Positions 11,101-22,079 of a stretch of 64,000 nt of DNA are shown piece by piece. Source of the stretch: Macrostomum lignano (lineage: Eukaryota). The stretch spans positions 186,001 through 250,000 of the forward strand of contig NIVC01001001.1 of the NCBI GenBank assembly GCA_002269645.1, read 5' to 3'. Within the stretch, counting starts at the first letter, position 1; each line of letters begins with the position of its first letter. Position numbers and translations under genes: made by a program. The notes under the pieces are model-generated. The model was not told the DNA's origin and did not search any database. It saw only the letters and a program-made list of their open reading frames with translations.

Positions 11101-14100
11101 TAACTATCCAGAGGATCACCCATACACTATCCAGAGGATCACCCATTAACTATCCAGAGGATCACCCATTAACTATCCAGAGGATCACCCATACACTATC
11201 CAGAGGATCACCCATACACTATCCAGAGGATCACCCATTAACTATCCAGAGGATCACCCATACACTATCCAGAGGATCACCCATACACTATCCAGAGGAT
11301 CACCCATTAACTATCCAGAGGATCACCCATACACTATCCAGAGGATCACCCATTAACTATCCAGAGGATCACCCATACACTATCCAGAGGATCACCCATT
11401 AACTATCCAGAGGATCACCCATTAACTATCCAGAGGATCACCCATTAACTATCCAGAGGATCACCCATTAACTATCCAGAGGATCACCCATTAACTATCC
11501 AGAGGATCACCCATACACTATCCAGAGGATCACCCATACACTATCCAGAGGATCACCCATTAACTATCCAGAGGATCACCCATTAACTATCCAGAGGATC
11601 ACCCATTAACTATCCAGAGGATCACCCATTAACTATCCAGAGGATCACCCATTAACTATCCAGAGGATCACCCATTAACTATCCAGAGGATCACCCATTA
11701 ACTATCCAGAGGATCACCCATTAACTATCCAGAGGATCACCCATACACTATCCAGAGGATCACCCATTAACTATCCAGAGGATCACCCATTAACTATCCA
11801 GAGGATCACCCATTAACTATCCAGAGGATCATCCATACACTATCCAGAGGATCACCCATACACTATCCAGAGAATAACCCATAGACTACCCAGAGAATCG
11901 CCCATAGACTATCCAGAGAATCGCCCATAGACTATCCAGAGAATCGCCCATAGACTATCCACAGAATCGCCCATAGACTATCCAGAGAATCGCCCATAGA
12001 CTATCCAGAGAATCGCCCATAGACTACCCAGAGAATCGCCCATAGACTATCCAGAGAATCGCCCATAGACTATCCACAGAATCGCCCATAGACTATCCAG
12101 AGAATCGCCCATAGACTATCCAGAGAATAACCCATAGACTACCCAGAGAATCGCCCATAGACTATCCAGAGAATCGCCCATAGACTATCCACAGAATCGC
12201 CCATAGACTATCCAGAGAATCGCCCATAGACTATCCAGAGAATCGCCCATAGACTACCCAGAGAATCGCCCATAGACTATCCAGAGAATCGCCCATAGAA
12301 TAACCAGAGAATCGCCAATAGAGTATCCAGAGAATCGCCCATAGACTATCCAGAGAATCGCCCATAGACTATCCAGAGAATCCCTCATAGACTATTTAGA
12401 GAATCGCCCATAGACTATCTGGAGAATCGCCCATAGACTATCCAGAGAATCGCCCATAGAATAACCAGAGAATCGCCCATAGAATAACCAGAGAATCGCC
12501 AATAGAGTATCCAGAGAATCGCCCATAGACTATCCAGAGAATCGCCCATAGACTATCCAGAGAATCGCCCATAGAATAACCAGAGAATCGCCAATAGAGT
12601 ATCCAGAGAATCGCCCATAGACTATCCAGAGAATCGCCCATAGACTATCCAGAGAATCCCTCATAGACTATTTAGAAAATCGCCCATAGACTATCTGGAG
12701 AATCGCCCATAGACTATCCAGAGAATCGCCCATAGAATAACCAGAGAATCGCCCATAGAATAACCAGAGAATCGCCCATAGACTATCCAGAGAATCGCCC
12801 ATAGACTATCCAGAGAATCGCCCATAGAATAACCAGAGAATCGCCCATAGAGTATCCAGAGAATCGCCCATAGACTATCCAGAGAATCGCCCATAGACTA
12901 TCCAGAGAATCCCTCATAGACTATTTAGAGAATCGCCCATAGACTATCCAGAGAATCGCCCATAGACTATCCAGAGAATCGCCCATAGACTATCTGAAGA
13001 ATCGCCAATAGACTACCTAGAGAATCGGCATAGACTATCCACAGAATCGCCAACAGACTATCAATAATTCACCCTTTAGGTATAAAAAATCACTTGAGTA
13101 TAACTTACGAGTACTCTTATGCCTAGCTGACTACTACGAGTTATAAACATGTTAATTAAGCACTATAAATAAAATTTATTTGATCAGATTCGATTTTGTT
13201 CGCCGCGGAGCCGCCTGGTCGGCATGAGCGCCACTCTCAGCAACTTGGACCAGCTGGCCTCGTGTTTGAAGGCCTCTCTATTCACTGGAAATTTCCGTCC
13301 AGTTCAACTGAAAGAATACGTGAAAATTGAAGATACAATTTATCGATTAGTAACTAATAGCCCGCAGTCGAATTTGGACGAGTCTTCTTCTAGTATGACG
13401 TTTGTTAGGCGGCTGAATCACGACAGTTTTGTTGGTCGATTGTATCCGGATAAAGCTAGCCGAGCTGCGGATCCTGACCTGCTGTGCGGACTTGTGCTGG
13501 AGGTGAGCATGCGCGTCTTGTAATCTCATTAGTAATCCAAATGCAATCCGAAACTCAAATCCTATAATCCCAAGATCCCTATGATCCCAAAGGTCCCTAT
13601 GATCCCAAGATCACAATGATCCCAAGATCCCTATTATCTTAAGATCCCTATCATTCCAAGATCCCTATGATCCCAAGATCCCTAAGATCCCAATGATCTT
13701 TTTGATCCCAAGATCCCTATGATCTTTTTGATTCCAAGATCCCTATAATCCCAAGATCCCTGTGATCTCAAGATCCCACTGATCCCAAGATCCCTATGAT
13801 CATAAGATCCCTATGATCTCAAAATCCCAATAATCCTAAGATCCCAATGATCCCAAGATCCCGATGATCCCAAGATTCCTATTATCCCAAGATCCCAAGA
13901 TCCATATGATCCCAAGATCCCTATTATCCCAAGATCACTATTATTCTAAGATCACAATAATTCCAACGATCCAAATGATCCCAAGATGCCATTGATCCCA
14001 ATATTTCTGTGATTCCGTATTCCTATAAAATTATAGAATCCTATAATCTATATAACCCCCGTGATTCGGAATCCCAGTTTGTTATTGATCCCAGTTAGGC

Positions 14101-17100
14101 CTAGAATTAATCTAATCTAGGCCTAGAAATGAATCTAATCGCAAATTAAATTTTTTCGTTATTTCATCTACTTTAAGTAGTAAATCCACTTCACCGCCAG
14201 GTCATCCCAGCCAAGTCCTGTCTGGTGTTTTGCCAGTCAAAAAAGTCCTGCGAATCCGTGGCCAACCTCTTAGCCAAGTATCTGCCGCGTCGCCTGGCAA
14301 CGGCTTCTGGCGTTGGCGATGACGTCTATCGGAGAAGACAGGTTAATTGATTATTTCAGTTAGCGCATAATTTCCCGAGCCTTCAGGTTTAGCTGTCCCA
14401 GTTCCTCCCAATCTTCAGGCTCAGTTCCTCTCAATCTTCAGGCACAGTTCCTCCCAATCTTCAGGCACAGTTCCTCCCAATCTTCAGGCACAGTTCCTCC
14501 CAATCTTCAGGCTCAGTTCCTCCCAATCTTCAGGCACAGTTCCTCCCAATCTTCAGGCACAGTTCCTCCCAATCTTCAGGCACAGTTCCTCCCAATCTTC
14601 AAGCACAGTTCCTCCCAATCTTCAGGCACAGTTCCTCCCAATCTTCAGGCACAGTTCCTCCCAATCTTCAGGCTCAGTTCCTCTCAATCTTCAGGCTCAG
14701 TTCCTCCCAATCTTCAGGCTCAGTTCCTCTCAATATTCAGGCACAGTTCCTCCCAATCTTCAGGCACAGTTCCTCCCAACCTTCAGGCACAGTTCCTCCC
14801 AACCTTCAGGCACTATTCAAGCGGCTTCGCACAGAGGATTGCGACACAGGCGGCGGTAGCGGCAGCAACGGAAGCAGCGGTCGTTTTTGCCCTGTGCTGG
14901 CGGCCACCCTGCCTTTCGGCGTGGCCTATCACCACAGCGGACTGACAGCCGAGGAGCGTCGCTGCCTCGAAGATGCCTTCGCCGAAGGCACCCTGTGCGT
15001 CATCTGCTGCACCTCCACCCTTGCAGCCGGTGTCAACCTGCCAGCTAAACGAGTCATTGTCCGTTCGCCAATGGTTGGTGCAGCGTTTATTGGCTTGGCC
15101 CAGTACCTTCAGATGGTGGGCAGAGCCGGTAGGGCCGGTCTGGACACTGAGGGCGAGAGTGTCACCATTGTGCCTGGCAGGGACCGGCTGCGGTTTATGC
15201 AGATGCGCTCGGACACAGGCATGCTTAGGTTAGTGTTTATTGTTTATGTCAGATCTAGAGACTAGCGAGTCAGATCTAGAGACTAGCGAGTCAGATCTAG
15301 AGACTAGCGAGTCAGATCTAGAGACTAGCGAGTCAGATCTAAAGACTAGCGAGTCAGATCTAGAGACTAATTAGTCAGATCTAGAGACTGGTTAGTCAGA
15401 TCTAGAGACTAATTATTCAGATCTCAAGACTTGTTTTTCAGATCCAGAGACTGGTTAGTCCGGTCTAGAGACTGGTTAGTCAGATCTATAGAATGGTTAG
15501 TCAGATCTATAGACTGGTTAGTCAGATCTAGAGATTTAAGAAATTACAATCGAGCTGTCAATCATTACATACGACTCAAACAGGTGTCGCAGCCGATTGC
15601 ACGAAGGCGCCGCTCTGCAGTCGCTAATCCTGAGCAGCCTCACACTGGGCCTTGCTCGCTGCAGGGACGACATCACCAGCTTGCTTGCCTGCAGCTTCTG
15701 GGCTGTGCAAGCTCAGCCGGGCGAATTGGCCGAAGCGATCGACACCTGCCTGACTCGATTGGACGCCCTGAAGTTGCTGGGCTCTGCGCCAGCATCCAAG
15801 GCTGGTCAGGAACAGCAGTGAGTGCGCCTTGCAGATGCTGGGCTCTGCCTCTATTGTTTTATTTTGGTAGCTCACGCGGAGCTTTTTCCGGTTTGAATGT
15901 TTACCTTAGCAACGCAAACTGGTGCTTTGTGAGCTCGAATATTCACCTTAGGAACTCAAACTTAAGGCTAATCAGTTCGACTGTTTACCTTAGCAACGCA
16001 AACTAATGCTTTTTCAGTTCGATTATTTACCTTAGCAACGCAAACTAAGGCTTAATCAGTTTGACTGTTTACCTTAGCAACGCAAACTAATGCTTTGTCA
16101 GTTCGAATTTTTACCTTAGCAACGTAAACTGGTGCTTAGTCAGTTCGATTGTTTACCTTAGCAACGAAAATTGGTGCTTAGTCACTTCGAATGTTTACCT
16201 TAGCAACTCAAACTGATGCTTAGTCAGTTTCAGTATTTACCTTAGCAACAGGAACTAATGCTTAGTCAGTTCGAATGTTTACCTTTACAACACAAACTGA
16301 TGGTTAATCAGTTCGAATGTTTACCTTAGAAACGCAAACTGATGCTTTTTCAGTTAAACTATCTACCTTAGCAACACAAGAGAAATTTAAGCAGCTCAGA
16401 TATTTTAGTTTTCGTTAAGTTTCGCATAAAAAATAGAAAAAGTCTAGAAAGAATTGCAATAACCAAAAAATATTTCATATAACTTGTCCGAATTTCTATC
16501 ATATACGAAAGCTAAAGCTCAAATTGCTTGCTTTTTAGTTTGGAAAATGAATGTAAAAAACCAAGTAAAAAATCATCACATGTGGCCGTGGACCCTGAAG
16601 CGGTACACGCAGGTGTAGTCCGGTTGGCCATGGTTGTTTCCAACCTCCAGCAGCACGTATCTAAACACAGCCGATTCCATCGCCGCCTCGCTGTCCACGA
16701 TGTGAAAAGTTTGCGTAGGCGGTCCCGACTCTGCGTCGTAGGCAAAGCAGCCCAGCCGGCGTCCAGTCTTGAAGTCGCACGCCTTGGTCAGTCCGTAGAC
16801 GCAGAACCGCTTCGGCGCGCTGGCCACCGAGTTGTTGAACGCCTGCAGCCGGCTGATGTGGTCGATGCTGACTGCCGACACGCGAATCGGCCGGCTGAGC
16901 TGCACGACCGCCCGGCCTGGGAAACCGGCGAATGACCAGCAGTCTCCCGGCTGGAGACCCGACGGGCCGCTGATGATTGTCTCTGGATCTGGCAGTCGCC
17001 GCCACCAGCGCTGCCATCGCTGCCACCAGCTTGTCAAGCCGCAGTTGCCATTGTGAGCCAGTAGCACGGCTGCACCGCCGCTCTTCAGCGCATAGTCGGG

Positions 17101-20100
17101 CAGCTGATCCGCTTCAACAGTTGAGCCTTGCTGACCAGCCGATCTGACAAACTGTCCACACCGACCATTCAATGCTGATGCCGTCTGTTCAAGCCGACGT
17201 AGTTGTACAGATTGCTTTTCAAACCTGGCTTCGGTGACAGATTTTAAACTGTCCAGTTGAGCTTGAAGTTTCTCGTGCTCCTTAGAGCGATGCCGATCCT
17301 TAGTGATTTGTTCACTCGTGCACTTCTCTGTCCGCTTGGCTAAGTCTTTGACTTGACCGTCAAGTTTGTCCAGATCCTTCTGCAGCTGCTGGATGCTGCC
17401 AGTCTGAATACTGCTGTCACAGTTTCGTCCCGCGAGTTGTTGAGACCTTGATGCAACAGATTTGCGTTAATCCATGGATGTAAAAACTTGTTTAACAGGG
17501 ACTTTATATCAATAATTCAGATCTTTCAGTTGACTCTAACCGCATCTCTTTTGGACACTCAAGTGAAGCTTTAAATGCAAATACTTGACGTAAGACTATA
17601 AGCCCCTTACATTCCATGGTTCAAAGCGACGAAAATATTACAAAAACTTGCTTTTAACATTATCTACGACTAATTGATTGCCTCTTAACCAGAAAGGATA
17701 GATTAGCCTTAACAACAGCTGAATTGGCTTGCAGTTTGTTGGAGACGGCAGCTCGGTATTGCGAATTATATCTCTATATCAGATATAATTGAAAAAATAT
17801 TGATATTTAACTTGCCTGTGCTGCGGAGGAATATCTACACCCGGTGTCATATTAATTCCGAGATTGCCGTTCAAAGAGGAATCCAGATTGTCATCATAGA
17901 TGCCGTCATAGGTAGCAGCGGTCTTCTTCCAGGCGACCAAAATAATAGACAGGACAATAATTGACAGCAGTAACATTTGCATCCAACTTCGATTGCGTCG
18001 AACATTGATATTAGTCCTGCTATTGATAGTAATAACATTGTTGCGACTGCGACTCTTGCTGGATGATTGTCCATTCTTCTTTCTTTGGTTGGCACTTGGC
18101 GAAGTAGTTAGACTTTCCTTACTTAATGTTGTGGTGTTGGTAGCAGTTCTCCAGCCACCGCGTGACAAAGAACTTGCCGGAGAAGACAGTCCAGCGTATG
18201 ACGATAACCCACTATCTTGGTGAACGTTGCGCAGTGGGGTACTCGCTTTACGGAGTGGCATACCTGGTGGCGTCTTAATCACTGGCAATTTTTCATTGCT
18301 TACGAGTACATCATCGCCTGCTGCTGATTTTGTGTAGACTCTGTGCTGTAGCACCCGGGCCGCTTGCTGCTGTGCCGGATTCGGGGTTGTGACGACGCTG
18401 TCGCACACGCACCAGCCGATGCGCTCGCAGAATGAGCGCAGTATCCTGCCAGCTGGCAAATTATAAACTGTCGGCATTTTCCGCTTTGGTACGGCGGCTG
18501 TCTTTAACGTTGGGCTCATTCTTGTTGATCGCTGCGCTTTCTATAAAATTGCCAACCAAATTTATTAGAACGCGACCGAAACTTGCCGTCTTATACGCAG
18601 CTTTTTGGTTAGCTTGGCCATAAACAACTTCCTACGCGTAGGTTAATAACTTGCTTGCATGCTAGTTATATATGGCTACATTGATTGCGCCTAAGTGAAC
18701 GTGTTTAGTACATTTAGCCATATATGGATATGGTGTAAAAGCTAAAGTTAAAGTTTGGCTAAATTAAGAAAATTTGTGCCTAAATTAAAGTTTAACCTAC
18801 CTTTGGAACCAACCAATTGACGTTTATATTATGTTTACTTTCACCACTATTATTACTACAGATAGTAGTGATTAAAGAATAAAAAAATACTTAAATTAAA
18901 AAAATGTTCCTAAAGCGAATCGATTATTTACCGTAGCAACGCAAAGGATGCTAAGGCGCATCGATTGTTTACCTTAGCAACACAAAGGATGCCAAAGCGA
19001 ATTGATTATTTACCGTGCTAAGGCGCATCGATTGTTTACCTTAGCAACACAAAGGATGCCAAAGCAAATCGATTATTTACCGTGCTAAGGCGCATCGATT
19101 GTTTACCTTAGCAACGCAAAAGATGCCAAAGCGAATCGATTGTTTACCTTAGCAACACAAAGGATGCTAAGGCGCATCAATTGTTTACCTTAGCAACACA
19201 AATGATGCTTAAGCGCATCGATTGTTTACCTTAGCAACACAAATGATGCTAAAGCGCATCGATTTTTGACCGTAGCGACGCAAAGGATGCCAGAGCGAAT
19301 CGATTGTTTAACTTAGCAACAGACCTTACATAAGCTCGAATATTTATCATGGAAATAAAATATATTCGAATTCGCAGATCGGCGCCTCAGCCGCAGTCCT
19401 CACCATCCGCTAGCCTGACTGCCAGCCAACTTGCCGTCGCCTGCGTCAAAGGCTGCGTCGAACCTGAACGAGCAAACAACGTCCTGGCCGAGCTCAATCA
19501 GGCCCTGGGCAGCCTGCAGCTGGACTCCTACGTGCACCTGCTCTGGCTGGTTGTGCCGCCAGAATATCTGCCAGCTTCGTCGTCATCGTCAACGTCAGCG
19601 TCCTACGGCGACCTCGCCGGCCTGGCAGATTCGGCGCGCCGATTGCCGGCTCTGTTGGACTCGTTGGCGCCCGCTGAACGGCGCGCAATCGAAGCCTGCG
19701 CCGGCCTGGGCGAAGCCATGGCCATGCGGCTGGCGGCTGGCCGAGCGCCGACAGCTGAGCAGCTGGTTTGTTTCCTGGAATATCTGCCCGATTTTCCTGG
19801 GATTTATTTCCTGGAATCTGTTCAAATAGAATATCTCTGTTTCTTGGAATTGTGTATCCTGTTTCTTAGAATGTTTACTCCGTTTCTTAGAATGTTTACT
19901 CTGTTTCTTAGAATATGTACTCCGTTTTCTTAGATTGGCTACTCTTTTTCTTGGAATATGTCGCCGGTTTATTTTCGAATAGCTACAATCTTACCGCGAT
20001 AAGTTTGCTTTACAATAATTTCTATGTAATTTTCTATCTATCGGATTTCCTGGAATCTCCGCCTTATTTCCTTGAATTTCTACTTGATTTCATGGAATCT

Positions 20101-22073
20101 CCGCCTGATTTCCTGGAATTTCTACCTGATTTCTTGGAATCTCTACCTGATTTCCTGAAATCTCTATCTGATTTCCTGGAATCTATCTGATTTCGTGGAA
20201 TCTCTACCTTATTTCCTGGTATCTCTACCTGATTTCCTGGAATCTCTACCTGATTTCCTGGAATCTCTACCTGTTTTCCTGGAATCTATACCTGATTTCC
20301 TGGAATTTCTATCTTATTTCCTGGAATTTCTAACTGATTTCCTTGAATTTCTACCTTATTTCCTGGAATTTCTAACTGATTTCCTGGAATCTCTACCTGT
20401 TTTCCTGGAATCTCTGCCCGATTTCCTGGAATCTCTACCTGATTTCCCGGAATCTCTGCCGGATTTTCTCAATCTCTGCACTACGTACTTTCTTAGAAAT
20501 TTCTGGAATGTCTCGCTTTATCTACCTGTTTTATCAAATATCTACCCTTTTGCAACAGCTAGTATCCACTTTACCCGAAGCTAAATTTTGATTGTTCTTT
20601 TCCAATTTCTTTTCTCCCCCCGTCAGCCCCGCCTCCGTCGCGCCCAGCTCACTTTGGTGCTGCTCTGCCTTTGGCGCGGCGACTCCGTCTGGCGCGTTAG
20701 CGATCGGTTCAGCCTCACCAGAGGCTTCGTCCAGCAGCTGCTGACCTCCGCCGCTGCCACAGCCTCCGGGCTCGCCCAGTTTGTGCAGCCGTTCGACCAG
20801 TTGTGGGGCCTGCAGCGACTGTTGCCAGATTTTTCCCAGCGACTGGCGCACTGCGTATCTCCTGAGCTGCTGCCGCTGATGCAGCTGCCGGCTGTGCGGC
20901 GGGGCCGGTGAGTCTGGAATTCTCGAGTTGTCTACCCTCCCAGATCCTCAGGGATTAAGCTACCAGCCTCCCAGATCCTCAGGGATTAAGCTACCAGCCT
21001 CCCAGATCCTCAGGGATTAAGCTACCAGCCTCCTAGATACTCAGGGATTAAGCTACCAGCCTCCTAGATACTCAGGGATTAAGCTACCAGCCTCCTAGAT
21101 GCTCAGGGATTAAGCTACCAGCCTCCCAGATCCTCAGGGATTAAGCTACCACATTTACAGATCCTCAGTTATTAAGCTACCAGCCTCCCAGATCCTCAGG
21201 GATTAAGCTACCAGCCTCACAGATGCTCAGGGATTAAGCTACCACATTTACAGATCCTCAGGGATTAAGCTACCAGCCTCCCAGATCCTCAGGGATTAAG
21301 CTACCACATTTACAGATCCTCAGGGATTAAGCTACCAGCCTCCCAGATCCTCAGGGATTAAGCTACCAGCCTCCCAGATCCTCAGGGATTAAGCTACCAG
21401 CCTCCCAGATCCTCAGGGATTAAGCTACCAGCCTCCTAGATACTCAGGGATTAAGCTACCAGCCTCCTAGATACTCAGGGATTAAGCTACCAGCCTCCCA
21501 GATCCTCAGGGATTAAGCTACCAGCCTCCCAGATCCTCAGGGATTAAGCTACCAGCCTCCCAGATCCTCAGGGATTAAGCTACCAGCCTCCCAGATCCTC
21601 AGGGATTAAGCTACCAGCCTCGTTTATTCCCAATGAGTGTCAGTCCCAAGGCGCAGAAATTGTACATGCCTGACCATAAGAAAGTTATGGGCGCTGTACA
21701 CCCTGTGCGAGCGCGTGCCTTCGCTGGCTCTGGGCTGACTGCCGTCTTGATTTTGCCAAACTGCACCCGCAGGGCCCGCCAGCTGTACCAGGCGGGCTTC
21801 ACCAGCCTGTCGAAGATCGCGGCGTCCAACGCCCGTGAGCTGTCGGCCGGAGTCGCCCATCTGCCAGTCGGTCAGGCCCGCCGCATGGTGGCCGCCGCCC
21901 GGATGTTGGTTCAAGATGCGGCCGAATCTTTGCAGTCTGAGGCTCGCGACCTACTCGACGGTGTCGCTGGCAAACTGCAGCTGCAGCAGCCGCAGCCGCC
22001 CCAACCTGATGGCACTTTGACGCCGTTGAAGGCTGCTAATGGATCTTGCGACGATTTGTTTGACTCTTCCTGA
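8180..22073 (+). CDS. HELQ: Helicase POLQ-like (HELQ/HEL308), Ski2-like SF2 3'-5' DNA helicase, 9 exons, ~1035 aa
   Basis: Exons 8180-8771, 9857-10293, 13188-13502, 14201-14341, 14810-15228, 15584-15817, 19378-19765, 20627-20907, 21773-22073. All introns are GT-AG with matching phases, and the total is 3108 nt. Motifs: [23 protein letters not shown] (I), [10 protein letters not shown] (II), GMSATL (III), [10 protein letters not shown] (IV), [22 protein letters not shown] (V), QMVGRAGR (VI), and C-terminal [14 protein letters not shown]. There is no polymerase domain before the stop, so this is HELQ rather than POLQ. Confidence 0.95.
8875..9785. repeat. 24-bp minisatellite CCATTGTCCACTTCTAAGAATCGG (HELQ intron 1)
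   Basis: Tandem array; explains the spurious ORFs at 8899-9656. Confidence 0.95.
10450..13065. repeat. Bipartite 23-bp minisatellite (HELQ intron 2): ACTATCCAGAGGATCACCCAT(TA/AC), then GACTATCCAGAGAATCGCCCATA
   Basis: Two related unit types, switching at ~11870. Confidence 0.97.
13560..14010. repeat. ~17-bp minisatellite GATCCCAAGATCCCTAT (HELQ intron 3)
   Basis: Degenerate tandem array. Confidence 0.9.
14387..14813. repeat. 23-bp minisatellite TTCCTCCCAATCTTCAGGCACAG (HELQ intron 4), overlapping the 3' splice site
   Basis: About 18 units; the last unit supplies the acceptor CTTCAG|GCAC. Confidence 0.95.
15248..15535. repeat. 21-bp minisatellite GTCAGATCTAGAGACT(AGCGA/GGTTA) (HELQ intron 5)
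   Basis: Tandem array starting ~20 nt after the donor. Confidence 0.92.
15895..16380. repeat. ~42-bp minisatellite with core TCGATTGTTTACCTTAGCAACGCAAA (left flank of SUN gene)
   Basis: Degenerate tandem array; same family and orientation as 18920-19322. Confidence 0.9.
16576..18519 (-). CDS. SUN (Sad1/UNC-84) domain inner-nuclear-membrane protein, nested antisense in HELQ intron 6, ~524 aa
   Basis: S/T/basic N-terminus, TM helix [19 protein letters not shown], coiled coil ([20 protein letters not shown]...[10 protein letters not shown]), then SUN motifs [37 protein letters not shown] and [18 protein letters not shown]. Simplest model: exons 18519-17816 and 17446-16576 joined by a GC-AG intron (1575 nt, in frame). 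The internal junction is less certain than the domain call. Confidence 0.92.
18920..19322. repeat. ~41-bp minisatellite with core TCGATTGTTTACCTTAGCAAC(A/G)CAAA (right flank, upstream of SUN gene)
   Basis: Tandem array of the same family as 15895-16380. Confidence 0.9.
19770..20480. repeat. 21-bp minisatellite TTTCCTGGAATCTCTACCTGA (HELQ intron 7)
   Basis: Tandem array starting at the donor. Confidence 0.92.
20935..21620. repeat. 31-bp minisatellite CCAGATCCTCAGGGATTAAGCTACCAGCCTC (HELQ intron 8)
   Basis: About 22 units; the reverse complement recurs at 47270-47420. Confidence 0.97.
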
Positions 22074-22079
22074 GTATAT

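Noticed and set aside
10450-13065. Regular 21-43-bp repeat arrays resembling CRISPR arrays
   Set aside because: Units are directly adjacent with no unique spacers, lie in spliceosomal introns, and no cas genes are present. These are minisatellites.
21633-21772. ORF start [11 protein letters not shown]... as a separate gene
   Set aside because: Only the part from 21773 is HELQ exon 9; the upstream part is intron 8 read in frame.
8180-22073. DNA polymerase theta (POLQ)
   Set aside because: The helicase is followed by a HELQ-type C-terminus and a stop at 22073; no A-family polymerase domain follows.
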